Shown here: positions 38,604-48,110 of the stretch, one piece after another
Layout of the letters: each line of letters starts with the position of its first letter
Position numbering within the stretch: position 1 is the stretch's first letter
Assembly: GCA_964514975.1 (NCBI GenBank)
Contig: CAZESS010000003.1
Location: 32,001-96,000, forward strand
Length of the DNA: 64,000 nucleotides
From: an uncultured Thermoplasmatales archaeon
GTDB lineage: Archaea > Thermoplasmatota > E2 > UBA202 > DSCA01
Reading direction: 5' to 3'
Notes under the pieces: generated by a model
Told to the model about the DNA's origin: nothing
What the model saw: the letters and a program-made list of their open reading frames with translations, nothing else
Database searches by the model: none
Translations under genes and position numbers: made by a program

Positions 38604-39797
38604 ATGGATGTTTCAAAGCACTATTCAAGTAATCTGAAAAGGATGAAATCCTCGGAGATACGGGACCTGCTGGCCGTCTCCCAGCAACCCGGCGTCATCT
38701 CGTTTGGCGGGGGGCTTCCCAACTCCAAGGCGTTTCCGGTTCACAAGATTCAGCGTATCGTCGAAGGAATCATCGAGGAGGAGCCAAACGTCGCCTTCCA
38801 GTATGGAACCACGAAGGGACAGCCCAAGCTTCGGAGGGCAATCGTGGACATGGCAGCCGACGAGGGCATCAACGCCGACATGGACCATGTGCTCATCACC
38901 GTCGGGTCGCAGCAGGCGCTCGACCTCATCGGCCGCGTGTTTCTCAACCCCGAGGACACCATCTTCCTGGGGCTGCCGACCTATCTGGGCGGCATCAACG
39001 TCTTTCGGGCCTACGGGGCCAACATGGTCGGCGTACCCGTCGACAGGGACGGCATGAACGTTGACATCCTTGAGGAAAAAATCATTGAGGCCGAGCGCGC
39101 TGGCAGGCCGGGCAAGCTCATCTACACGGTTCCCACCTTTCAGAATCCCGCCGGCGTGGAAATGTCCGCGGACCGGCGGCGGCGCATCGTCGAGCTGGCG
39201 GAGGAACACAACCTCGTGCTCCTGGAGGACGACCCCTACGGCAAGCTCCGGTTTGAGGGGGAAGCATTGCCGCCGCTGCGTGCGCTCTCCGACAACGTGG
39301 TCCACATGGCGACGTTTTCCAAGGTGCTGTCACCCGGCTTCCGGCTCGCCTACGTCATCGCTCCCAACGGCGTTGTCGACAAGATGGAGCTGGCGAAGCA
39401 GTCGGTTGACCTGTGCACGCCGACGTTCACCCAGTCGATTGCCCGCCGCTTCATATCCGAGGGGCACATGGACGAGCATCTGCCCAACATCATTTCCATG
39501 TACCGGCGGAAGCGGGATATCATGCTGGACGCGCTGGAAGAATATTTCCCTGACGGATGCGAGTGGACGCATCCCCGGGGCGGCATGTTTCTCTGGGCGA
39601 CGCTGCCCGAGCACATAGACACCCGGGAGATGTTCCAGGATGCCATCAAGGAAAAAGTGGCATATGTCCACGGTCGCGCCTTCTACGTCAACGGGGGCGG
39701 CGGCAACACGATGCGGCTCAACTTTTCGAACCCGAGCGACGAGGACGTCACCGAGGGCATCCGGCGGCTCGGCGCCACGATAGAGAAAAACCTGTAG
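38604..39797 (+). CDS. PLP-dependent class I aminotransferase (2-aminoadipate/aromatic amino acid type)
   Basis: ISFGGGLP, GSQQALD, FQNPAG, EDDPYG and TFSKVLSPGFR. Confidence 0.9.
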   Translation: MDVSKHYSSNLKRMKSSEIRDLLAVSQQPGVISFGGGLPNSKAFPVHKIQRIVEGIIEEEPNVAFQYGTTKGQPKLRRAIVDMAADEGINADMDHVLITVGSQQALDLIGRVFLNPEDTIFLGLPTYLGGINVFRAYGANMVGVPVDRDGMNVDILEEKIIEAERAGRPGKLIYTVPTFQNPAGVEMSADRRRRIVELAEEHNLVLLEDDPYGKLRFEGEALPPLRALSDNVVHMATFSKVLSPGFRLAYVIAPNGVVDKMELAKQSVDLCTPTFTQSIARRFISEGHMDEHLPNIISMYRRKRDIMLDALEEYFPDGCEWTHPRGGMFLWATLPEHIDTREMFQDAIKEKVAYVHGRAFYVNGGGGNTMRLNFSNPSDEDVTEGIRRLGATIEKNL

Positions 39798-39798
39798 G

Positions 39799-40884
39799 CT
39801 AGTCCGCGCGGCGTATCCCGTCACCGGATAGCTCGTTCCATGATGCACCGGCGCATGAGATACACAGATGGCGACCGTTTTTTTCGAGGGTGCGGGTGGC
39901 CATCACCGGCTCGTGGCAGGATTCGCAGATGATGCTGTCATGGATGGGCGCATACGAGGGTATGTCGATGGTGACCTGTTCCACGGTGAACAGCTCCTCG
40001 ACGTCCTGCTGGAGGAGGTCGAAGGCACGCTCCTGTGCCATCCGCCGGTAGCGGGCTTCGTCTTCGTCGGTGCCCTCCCTGTCTTTGACGACCTTTGTGA
40101 ACAGCTTCGCGAACGCGTCATCCCGCTGCTTGCGTAGGAGAGCGGCGATGCGGATGCCCTCGCCGTCTCTGCCTGCCAGGGTGAACGCGGTTTTGCCGAG
40201 GTCGCGGAACACCAGGGCGTTGTTGCCCAGGGTGCAGCCGGTGACGTACTGCACGCCGTCGGCGAAGCAGTTGTTTGTCTCGACGATTGCCATGACGTGT
40301 TCCATGCCGTCTGAGCGCCAGCTCATCTGCTGCACGGCATGCGCGGCGGCCATGACGCCCATCGCCAGCCCGGGGCAGAAATGGCCGTGGAGCTCGCCGG
40401 CCCGTAATAGCAGTTCTTCCAGGACATGGGTGCGTATGAGGCGCATTATCTCGCTGCGGGGACTGGCTTTTACGTGTTCCCGGATGACCTGCTGTTGTTC
40501 TGTTTCGTCGAGCGACGGCGCGTATGGCTTGATGTCCAGCACCGGGGTGCCGTCGATGGCGTCCAGGCCTTTTACCCGCACCGTGGTGCCATCTCGTTCA
40601 AGCAGCCTGGCGGTGGTAACACCGATGCCGCTCGGCCGGTGCGGGCTCCGCGAGGCGAAGACGCCTTTCACCCCCCCGCTGTAGGTCGGCCCCCGGAGCT
40701 CGTAGCTCTCGGAGCGATGAAAATGGAAGACGACCTGGATATACCTGCTGTCTTCGATGCGGTAGAGGCCGTCCGCATACCGCTCGTGTATCTCGATGAC
40801 ACTTTCCTCCTGGCGCATTTCATGCGGGTCCATGGGCTCCGTCATGTCGTTGTGGACGACGCCGATTTCCCTGATGTCCTGCAT
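39799..40884 (-). CDS. TsaA/TrmO-like SAM-binding domain fused to an FmdE domain and C-terminal zinc finger
   Basis: GVFASRSPHRPSGIG and GLDAIDGTPVLDIKPY (TsaA); LHGHFCPG and NCFADGVQ..GCTLG (FmdE); CESC..CISC. Confidence 0.88.
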   Translation of the reverse strand: MQDIREIGVVHNDMTEPMDPHEMRQEESVIEIHERYADGLYRIEDSRYIQVVFHFHRSESYELRGPTYSGGVKGVFASRSPHRPSGIGVTTARLLERDGTTVRVKGLDAIDGTPVLDIKPYAPSLDETEQQQVIREHVKASPRSEIMRLIRTHVLEELLLRAGELHGHFCPGLAMGVMAAAHAVQQMSWRSDGMEHVMAIVETNNCFADGVQYVTGCTLGNNALVFRDLGKTAFTLAGRDGEGIRIAALLRKQRDDAFAKLFTKVVKDREGTDEDEARYRRMAQERAFDLLQQDVEELFTVEQVTIDIPSYAPIHDSIICESCHEPVMATRTLEKNGRHLCISCAGASWNELSGDGIRRAD

Positions 40885-40906
40885 GTGATGCACACCCCGG
40901 CGGCTT

Positions 40907-41749
40907 TCATAAGCCTTTCCGTGCCGCGAGCAGGCCGCTGCCACGGCGGCGCTTGGGCGACAGCGCTATCGAGACGGCAAACCCGCTTGCTGAGACGATG
41001 ACGATGGACGCCCCGATGGGAAAATCGGTGAGCAGGGAGAGCACGAAGCCGGCAATGCAGCTGACGATGCCGATGAGAGATGAAGCGGTGACGATTTTTT
41101 TGAAGTCGTAGAAAAACTGGTAGGCCGTCGATGTCGGGTTGACGATGAGCGCGAACACCAGCAGCCCGCCGACAAGGCGGAGGGAAAGCGAGACCGCGGC
41201 GGCGGTGAAAAACAGGATGACAAAGTAAAACGCGGTGGTGTTGACCCCGGCGGCTTCGGCCAGCTTCCGGTGGAAGAGCACCGCCACGATTTCCTTGTAA
41301 AAGAGGATGGTGAACGCTGTGAGGGCCGCGGCCAGCAGCGCCAGGAGCAGCACCATCTCGTGGGTGACGGCGAAGATGCTTCCCCAGAGGATGCGGAGCG
41401 CCGTACCCGAGGCAGCCTGCCCGGGTATCATGCTCAGGAAGATGAACGCAAGGGCGATGGTCGCCGAAAACAGAAAGCCGATAATCACGTTGCTTTCCAG
41501 CCTGGCTTTTTCACCCAGCGGGCCGATGAGCATAGCGGTACCCAGTGAAAAAGCGACTGCGCCGATGAGCGGGTCGATGGCGGCCATGATGCCGAAGGCG
41601 GCGCCGGCGAAGGCAGCATGGGACATGCAGTATCCGATCGAGGACAGGTTCATCCGGACGACGAAGATGCCGACGGTCGAGCAGACGAAGCCTGCAAGCA
41701 CCGCCGCGGCTATCGAGGTGAGCAGCAGCGCCGGGGGAAGCGCGATCAT
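40907..41749 (-). CDS. Metal ABC transporter permease (ZnuB/MntB family)
   Basis: MSHAAFAG, LWGSI and VGGLLVFAL motifs; hydrophobic; ATGA overlap with the ATPase gene. Confidence 0.88.
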   Translation of the reverse strand: MIALPPALLLTSIAAAVLAGFVCSTVGIFVVRMNLSSIGYCMSHAAFAGAAFGIMAAIDPLIGAVAFSLGTAMLIGPLGEKARLESNVIIGFLFSATIALAFIFLSMIPGQAASGTALRILWGSIFAVTHEMVLLLALLAAALTAFTILFYKEIVAVLFHRKLAEAAGVNTTAFYFVILFFTAAAVSLSLRLVGGLLVFALIVNPTSTAYQFFYDFKKIVTASSLIGIVSCIAGFVLSLLTDFPIGASIVIVSASGFAVSIALSPKRRRGSGLLAARKGL

Positions 41750-42504
41750 GCTGCGTCCTGCTCCCAAAAAATACGTGACACCATAGCCGACGACATCATT
41801 TCGTCTCTGGTGCCCTGCATCACGATGCGGCCGCTGTCCATGACGACGACGCGGGAACATGCAGTGGGGATGGACTGCAGGTCGTGGGAGACCATTATCA
41901 CGGTGACACCGTCGTGCTCGTTTACATCGCTGATAATCTCGGCCATCTGACGCCTTGCGGAGATGTCCAGGTGCGAGAACGGTTCGTCGAGGAGGAGCAG
42001 CGATGGCTCCTGGGCGAGGGCTCTGGCGAGCAGGAGCTTCTGGAACTCGCCGCCGGACATTTTGCCCACCGGACGGGTGGCAAATGCGCTCATGCCGACC
42101 AGCTCCATTTTTTCCTGGACCACCTGCCGGTCGTGCTGCCGTGGAAACCGGAGGAGACCTATTTTTCCCGTGCGGCCGGTCATCACCACGTCTCGGGCCA
42201 GGAACGGGTCGCGAGGGTCGAGGTCGAAGTTTTGTATGACGTATCCGATGTGTTTGCGGAGGGCATGCGCGTTGGCGGTGATTTCTTTGCCGAATACGCG
42301 GCCGTGGCCGGCGGTGTATTCGAGGAGGCCGTTGATGGTTTCGAGGAGCGTGGTCTTCCCGGCGCCGTTGGGACCGATGACGGACACCATGTCTCCACGT
42401 TTCACGGCGAGGTCGATGCCGTGGATGACGGGGATGCGTTCTCCCTCGTAGATGGTGGCTATGTCGTGGAGTTCGACCGCCGGCTCGCCGCTGATGTCAT
42501 GCAT
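41746..42504 (-). CDS. Metal ABC transporter ATPase (ZnuC family)
   Basis: GPNGAGKTT, MSGGEFQK, LLDEP and VSHD. Confidence 0.9.
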   Translation of the reverse strand: MHDISGEPAVELHDIATIYEGERIPVIHGIDLAVKRGDMVSVIGPNGAGKTTLLETINGLLEYTAGHGRVFGKEITANAHALRKHIGYVIQNFDLDPRDPFLARDVVMTGRTGKIGLLRFPRQHDRQVVQEKMELVGMSAFATRPVGKMSGGEFQKLLLARALAQEPSLLLLDEPFSHLDISARRQMAEIISDVNEHDGVTVIMVSHDLQSIPTACSRVVVMDSGRIVMQGTRDEMMSSAMVSRIFWEQDAA

Positions 42505-42907
42505 CGTTGGTGTGGATGATGAAAAGCTCCTCGTCGCTCCGCTGGTAGATGTCTGCCGAATATGCCTCGATGTTTTCGTCTGTTACCTCGGCTTCGATTT
42601 CCTCTCTGATTGCTGGCCTGAGCGTCAGGTGCAGCGAGCCGCCGTCGTCACCGGTGAACCGGGCGCCGGCTTTGGCGTCGCCGTGGACGGCGAGGTTTCC
42701 CTTGCCCAGCGTGCATCCGGAGGCCAGCTGGATGCCGTCGACGATGCAGGATATGGGTGTCGTGATGCCGGTCAGTGCGACGGCGTGCTTTGCGAAGGGG
42801 TCGTCGCCGAGGTGCTTGTTGGCGAGGAGACCCATCCGGTAGCCGATGACCGCGTAGGGACCGAGATGGCCGTGGAACTGTTTTATCTGTTCCAGGCTTT
42901 CATCCAT
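42497..42907 (-). CDS. FmdE family protein (stand-alone)
   Basis: FHGHLGP..GYRMG and SCIVDGIQ..GCTLGKGN. Confidence 0.85.
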   Translation of the reverse strand: MDESLEQIKQFHGHLGPYAVIGYRMGLLANKHLGDDPFAKHAVALTGITTPISCIVDGIQLASGCTLGKGNLAVHGDAKAGARFTGDDGGSLHLTLRPAIREEIEAEVTDENIEAYSADIYQRSDEELFIIHTNDA

Positions 42908-42908
42908 G

Positions 42909-43880
42909 TTATTTTCTCCTGTACAGCATGAGCAGCACGACGGCTGCGCCGGCGCTTATGATGGTCAGCGTGAGCGTGACATCTCGCTGCAGCTTCAGGG
43001 CGAGGATGTCGCTTTCCAGCTCGTTGACTTCGCCCTGTTTGTGCTGGTGGACCGTGATGCCGGAGACGAGCTGTTCGGTGTTGTAGGTGAGCATCTCGAG
43101 GTAGGTGCCGGCTCCCGGTGCTGCCCCGGGGAAGTTGGTGAGCACGACGTGGGAGACTTGGGCGTCGGCTGCGACGGATGCACCGAAGTCGGTGCCGCTC
43201 TGCAGGTTGTCGACGACCGCGCAGACGTCGCTGCTGGCAGCAGCGGCGGTGACGTTGAGTATGTCCCGGGTGGACAGCCGCTCGGGCGGCGCATATGCGG
43301 CGGTGACGTCGAAGCCGAGCCATGCGACGAATGCCCGCTGCCATTGCATGCACACGACTTTTTTGCCCGTGTATCCCTTGCTTGTTATCATCTGCTGTGC
43401 TTCCTCGGCGGTCTGGTTTATGTTTTCCTGATATCGGGCTGCATTGTTCTGTATGACCTGCTGGTGCGCCGGCAGGGCACCGGTAAGATTGTCCTGGAGT
43501 GCTTTCACGTAGGTTCGAGCTCCTGCTGGAAGGTTCCATTCGCCGAGGCCGGCACAGTTGATGCGTGTGGGGGTGACCCCTGAGGCATCGAGGAGGTCCT
43601 GGAGCCATGGCTCCCATCCAAGGGCGATGATGATGTCTGCGGAGGCGATGCGCTGCACGTCGCTGGGGCGGGTATCGAAGTGTGCCGGGCAGACGCCGGC
43701 AGGCATGATGTGGTCGACGGTGCTGTCGGTGCCGTTAAGCAGCCGGGTTGTGAAGTCGGCCAGGATGGTATTTGTGCAGACCACGTTGACGGTGTCCTGG
43801 TCTGCTGCGTTTGCGTGGAGGGGCGCCATGAGGGCGGCAAGGAAGAGCGTTGCTGTTATGAGATATATTGTTTTTTTCAT
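42909..43880 (-). CDS. Metal ABC transporter substrate-binding protein (ZnuA/TroA fold) with C-terminal membrane anchor
   Basis: Signal peptide, VVCTNTILADF, CPAHFDTRPSD, and a C-terminal TM helix followed by RRK. Confidence 0.82.
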   Translation of the reverse strand: MKKTIYLITATLFLAALMAPLHANAADQDTVNVVCTNTILADFTTRLLNGTDSTVDHIMPAGVCPAHFDTRPSDVQRIASADIIIALGWEPWLQDLLDASGVTPTRINCAGLGEWNLPAGARTYVKALQDNLTGALPAHQQVIQNNAARYQENINQTAEEAQQMITSKGYTGKKVVCMQWQRAFVAWLGFDVTAAYAPPERLSTRDILNVTAAAASSDVCAVVDNLQSGTDFGASVAADAQVSHVVLTNFPGAAPGAGTYLEMLTYNTEQLVSGITVHQHKQGEVNELESDILALKLQRDVTLTLTIISAGAAVVLLMLYRRK

Positions 43881-43955
43881 GGTTTCACCGTAGCAATTTT
43901 TCTGTTTTCGTAATACCGCCCGCTATATGAACCTTGCGGTAGCAACAGATAAATA

Positions 43956-43990
43956 ATGGTAGCACGTTTGTGGGTGTATGGTGCTACCAT
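43956..43990. promoter_or_regulatory. Candidate NikR operator (perfect 10-bp inverted repeat)
   Basis: ATGGTAGCAC-N15-GTGCTACCAT overlapping the nikR start; further GTAGCA half-sites at 43890 and 43939. Confidence 0.6.
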
Positions 43991-44408
43991 GACCGTCCAG
44001 CGGGTCGGTGTCTCCTTCGAGCCGGAGCTGCTCGAACAGTTCGACAACGTGATAGCAAAAAAGGGCTACGCCAACCGCAGCGAGGCGATACGCGACCTCG
44101 TCCGCGAGTCCATCGCCGAGGCGGCGCTGCAGCGTGAGAGCGGCGACGTCATGGGAACCCTGACCATCGTCTACGACCACGACGAAGGCAACGTGACAAA
44201 CAAGCTGCTGCACCTCGAGCACGGCCACCTGGCCGAGATACTCTCGACGACGCACATTCATGTCACGAAGCATCTCTGCCTGGAGGTGCTGGTTATCCAG
44301 GGAGAGGCATCGAAGGCACAGATGCTGGCCGACCGCATCACCGCCCTGAAGGGCGTCAAGCAGGGGGAGCTGGTGCTGACACCGCTGGCCGGTGAGGCAC
44401 ATGAATGA
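43989..44408 (+). CDS. nikR: Nickel-responsive regulator
   Basis: RHH RVGVSF..GYANRSEAIRDLVR; Ni ligands HLEH, HIH and HLCLEV. Confidence 0.93.
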   Translation: MTVQRVGVSFEPELLEQFDNVIAKKGYANRSEAIRDLVRESIAEAALQRESGDVMGTLTIVYDHDEGNVTNKLLHLEHGHLAEILSTTHIHVTKHLCLEVLVIQGEASKAQMLADRITALKGVKQGELVLTPLAGEAHE

Positions 44409-45318
44409 GAGGACAGAGGCAGTCATCAAGATAGACGGCCTGACCAAGCACTACGGCGACGTGGTCGGCGTCCAGGACCTGAGCCTTGACGTGCACCGGG
44501 GCGAGATCATGGGCTTCCTTGGCCCCAATGGCGCCGGGAAGACCACGACGCTCAGGAGCTGCTTGGCCCTGCTGTCAAAGACCGCCGGCACAATAACGAT
44601 ATTCGGCATGGACTCGCACCGCGATGCGGTGGCCATTCGCCGGCGGACGGGCTATCTCCCCGGAGACTTCGGGCTCATCCCCGCGGTGAGCACGAGGCGC
44701 TATCTTCAATATCTTTTGTCGCTCAGCGACTGCTGCTCCGACGAGAAGCTCCGCTCGCTGGCTGACCGGCTGGAGCTCAACCTGGACAGGAAGACCAACG
44801 AGCTGTCGAAGGGCAACCGGCAGAAGGTTGGCATCATCCAGGCGCTGATGGCCGGGCAGGACCTGATCATCATGGACGAGCCCACATCGGGGCTCGACCC
44901 GCTCATGCAGCAGGAGGTCTACCGCATCATGCGGGAGGAACAGCAGGACGGCAAGACCATTTTCATGTCGTCGCACATCCTGGCGGAGGCCGAGCAGGTC
45001 TGCGACCGGGTGGCCATCATACGGAACGGCAGGCTCGAGGTGGTCGAGGAGGTGCAGGCGCTGCAGGAAAAAACGGGGAAAGTCCTGGAGGTCGAGTTCC
45101 GTGACCCCGTGAATCTCGACGAGTTCGACATGGACGGGGTGACCGATCTGCGCAGGGAGGACGGAAAAATCATGCTGACCATCCATGAAAACCTCGACCG
45201 GGTCGTCAAGACGGTGTCCGGCCACAAAATCCTGAACATGCAGCTTTACACCTACAGCCTCGAGCAGCTCTTCCTGAAATACTACGGCGAGGAAGACAGG
45301 ACGGAGGGTGAACCATGA
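44401..45318 (+). CDS. ABC-2 type exporter ATPase
   Basis: GPNGAGKTT, LSKGNRQK, MDEPTSGLDP and SSH. Confidence 0.9.
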   Translation: MNERTEAVIKIDGLTKHYGDVVGVQDLSLDVHRGEIMGFLGPNGAGKTTTLRSCLALLSKTAGTITIFGMDSHRDAVAIRRRTGYLPGDFGLIPAVSTRRYLQYLLSLSDCCSDEKLRSLADRLELNLDRKTNELSKGNRQKVGIIQALMAGQDLIIMDEPTSGLDPLMQQEVYRIMREEQQDGKTIFMSSHILAEAEQVCDRVAIIRNGRLEVVEEVQALQEKTGKVLEVEFRDPVNLDEFDMDGVTDLRREDGKIMLTIHENLDRVVKTVSGHKILNMQLYTYSLEQLFLKYYGEEDRTEGEP

Positions 45319-46433
45319 AGGGGCGCATGGCGGCCATGGAGCTCCGGTCGGGCTGGAAGGGGCTGGCCATGTTCGGCGTGCTCGTGCTCCTGGTGTCGGC
45401 AGGCATGCCCCAGATACTGCCGGCCTACCGCGAGTCGTTCACCGAGGACCTGGAGGGGGCAAACCGCGTCCACATCGAGGTGCCGGAGCAGCAGGACGCC
45501 ATGATAAACCTGTCCTGGGAACCGGTCGAAAACGCAACTGGCTACGTGGTGCTCGAGGACAACTCGTCGGCGTTTCTGACCTCCCGGGTACAGTACTTCG
45601 GCAACATGACGAACATTTCATTTCCCATGAACTTCGAAGAAAAACGGTACTATGCGGTCATGGCCATCCACACCAACGTGAGCAACGCCTCATGGATGGA
45701 CCTGCTGTCGGCGCAGCGGCAGCTCGTCGGCATCGCCGCGACCGGCACGCCGGACAACCCGTTCGAGGAGCTCATGGACAACCCCGCATACCAGGGATTT
45801 TCCCGCGGCCGGGCAATCAATCCCCTCGAGGTGAAAGGTTTCATCATCCTCGAGTTTTTCAGCTGGTGGTGGATGCTCGCCGGGCTGTTCATAGCCTATC
45901 TCTCCGTATCGGTCATCGCCGGCGACTTCGAAAACCGGCGCATGGACATCTTTCTCTCAACGCCCATCTCCCGCCGCCGGTACATCCTGGAAAAATTCCT
46001 GTCCCTGGCGCTCATCGCCCTGTATGTCATCGGGGTTGCCACCGCCGGGCTGATAGCCGGGGTTGCCAGCATCGGTGCCCTTGACAAGCTGCCGCCACAT
46101 GCCGCGTTTCTGTCGCTGTTCGGCTGTTTCCCGTTTCTGCTGGTCATCGCCACCGTCGGCATCCTGAGCGCCGTCACATTCCAGAAGGTCAAGGTGGGCA
46201 TGGGCGTGACCTTCGCCGCGGTGTTCGCCCAGTTTTTCCTGTACACCTTCGGGAATTACACCGATGCACTTGCATGGATGAAGACCCTCAGTATTTTCAA
46301 CTACTGGGACTATGCGGCGCCGTTGCTCGACGACGTGTTCAAGCTCGGTGACTTCACCATCCTGGCCGTTGTCGCCGGCGTCATCCTCGCTGCGGGGCTC
46401 TGGCTCTTCGACCAAAAGGACGTGCCCGCCTAG
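45315..46433 (+). CDS. ABC-2 type permease with an inserted extracellular beta domain
   Basis: Multiple TM helices; LSTPISRRRYILEKF motif; ~100-aa soluble insert after TM1. Confidence 0.82.
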   Translation: MKGRMAAMELRSGWKGLAMFGVLVLLVSAGMPQILPAYRESFTEDLEGANRVHIEVPEQQDAMINLSWEPVENATGYVVLEDNSSAFLTSRVQYFGNMTNISFPMNFEEKRYYAVMAIHTNVSNASWMDLLSAQRQLVGIAATGTPDNPFEELMDNPAYQGFSRGRAINPLEVKGFIILEFFSWWWMLAGLFIAYLSVSVIAGDFENRRMDIFLSTPISRRRYILEKFLSLALIALYVIGVATAGLIAGVASIGALDKLPPHAAFLSLFGCFPFLLVIATVGILSAVTFQKVKVGMGVTFAAVFAQFFLYTFGNYTDALAWMKTLSIFNYWDYAAPLLDDVFKLGDFTILAVVAGVILAAGLWLFDQKDVPA

Positions 46434-46620
46434 CCGTGCGGACGGCGGGCCTCGTCAGGCCACCGGTTGAACATCATGGTGACGTGCTCGGGTCCCTTTT
46501 TCCCCGGCTGACCGGGCGTTGCACTGCTCAGCCGGCGTTTCATCTACGATGGGTTCCTGGAGAAACGACTCGACCAGTGACATATCGCTGTATCTGGAGG
46601 AACACGAAAAAATCTGTGCC

Positions 46621-47691
46621 TCACTCGACGGGCATCAGCCGGCATTCACCGGCGCCCGTTACAACCCGGATGTAGCCCTGCAGCATCTCGTCTAGCGATG
46701 CGTCGCCCGTGTCCACCTTCAACGACTGCAGGCCGGTGAGCTTTTCCGGTGCCGAGATAACAATAACGTTGTCGAGGTCGACCCGGCGGAGCACTGCCGG
46801 GCTTATCTGCTCGTTGCCCCGACCGAACAGGAAGCCGTGGCCGCCGAGCGGGCTGACGATGATTGCATTGCGAGACGTCAGCACGTCGAGAATCTCCGAC
46901 TCCATCGCATCGCGAACGACGAGCCGACCATCACGCACGACGTCGACGCCGAGCAGCGACCCTTCAACGCCGAACTCCTGCTTGAGCGCCATGGTGGTGC
47001 TGCCGCCCCCGATGACATAGGTGACGTCGTCGTCCATCGTTGCCGCCATGTGATGGGCGATGGCCTGCTTGGCCTCCTGGGTGCCGATGCCGAAGCCCTT
47101 CGACGGCTGCACCGCCTCATGCACCGGGGTCAACAGGTATCCCCTGACGGAAACCGCGAGCTCATCACGGCGGAAGCGCTCCTCGTCGATGTCGACCACC
47201 TCCCGCTCCTCAAGCGGCAGGCCATCTGCATAGGCGTCGACGACCCGGGCGGCATGCCGCGGCGTCTGCGCAAAAACCGCCGAATACATTTTCACGCCTG
47301 CGGGGACGCCCAGCACGGGCACATCGGTGTTTATCGACGAGAGGATGTCCCGTGCGGTGCCGTCGCCGCCCACGAAAACCAGGAGATCGACGTCATGCAT
47401 GTGCTGCACCGCCCGTCTGGTGTCCCCAGGTGTCGTGGGCTCCCCGGGGGTGTAGACCACCGATGCGTCGATGCCGCATTCATGCAGGATGTCGTGTCCC
47501 ATCGGCGATGCGCAGGTAACAAAGGAAAACTGCCGGGTGAGTGCCCCGGTGAACGTGCGGGCTCGCCCGGGAGCGACGGGGGTCGCCCCGCGCTGCAGCG
47601 CCTCGTCGAGCATGCCATCGGTGCCCTTCAGGCCGACGCTGCCGCCCATCCCGGCGATGGGGTTGACGAAAAAGCCGAGGGAGGGCATCAT
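46621..47691 (-). CDS. ATP-NAD kinase-like family protein
   Basis: VNPIAGMGGSVGLKGTDG, GGDGTARD, GVPAGVKMYSAVF and GRGNEQIS. Confidence 0.82.
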   Translation of the reverse strand: MMPSLGFFVNPIAGMGGSVGLKGTDGMLDEALQRGATPVAPGRARTFTGALTRQFSFVTCASPMGHDILHECGIDASVVYTPGEPTTPGDTRRAVQHMHDVDLLVFVGGDGTARDILSSINTDVPVLGVPAGVKMYSAVFAQTPRHAARVVDAYADGLPLEEREVVDIDEERFRRDELAVSVRGYLLTPVHEAVQPSKGFGIGTQEAKQAIAHHMAATMDDDVTYVIGGGSTTMALKQEFGVEGSLLGVDVVRDGRLVVRDAMESEILDVLTSRNAIIVSPLGGHGFLFGRGNEQISPAVLRRVDLDNVIVISAPEKLTGLQSLKVDTGDASLDEMLQGYIRVVTGAGECRLMPVE

Positions 47692-48110
47692 CCGATTTTT
47701 TCGATGCGGTCCTGGAGGATGTTTTGCGCCTCGGCCAGCCGCTGCTGTATCTTGCTGAGCTTGGGGCGCTCATCCGGGGGGATGGGCTCGTCCTGGTCGA
47801 AGTAGCTGCGCTCGAGGTTGTCGACGTATCCCTTGACCGCGGTGACGATGTTCAGCAGGTCGTAGGAGGTCTCGCGGAGTGATTTTATTTCGAGGTCGCC
47901 CGCCCGCTGGGTGATGTACTGGGTCTCGATCTTGTCGAGGTTGTCCCGCTCCGATTTCATGTTCAGCTCGAGATATATCTGGAGGGCCTTGATGAGCTCG
48001 TTGCCGAGGACCGTGTGCTTTTTCCCGTATTTCCGCTGGACGAATGTCTTGAACGTCTCCCATATGTGCTCCTGTTTTTCGTCGATGCGGACGCCAATGG
48101 GTTTGCTCAT
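47688..48110 (-). CDS. Hypothetical protein: RHH-like N-terminus plus degenerate DHp(HisKA)-like C-terminus
   Basis: IGVRIDE..WETFKTFV..ELIKALQIYL; SYDLLNIVTAVKGY resembles an H-box with His replaced by Tyr. Confidence 0.6.
   Translation of the reverse strand: MSKPIGVRIDEKQEHIWETFKTFVQRKYGKKHTVLGNELIKALQIYLELNMKSERDNLDKIETQYITQRAGDLEIKSLRETSYDLLNIVTAVKGYVDNLERSYFDQDEPIPPDERPKLSKIQQRLAEAQNILQDRIEKIG

Noticed and set aside
46504-46535. Hairpin CCGGCTGA..TCAGCCGG in the 187-nt gap between convergent genes; possible ncRNA
   Set aside because: An 8-bp GC stem is expected by chance; no SRP, RNase P, C/D box or tRNA hallmarks were found.
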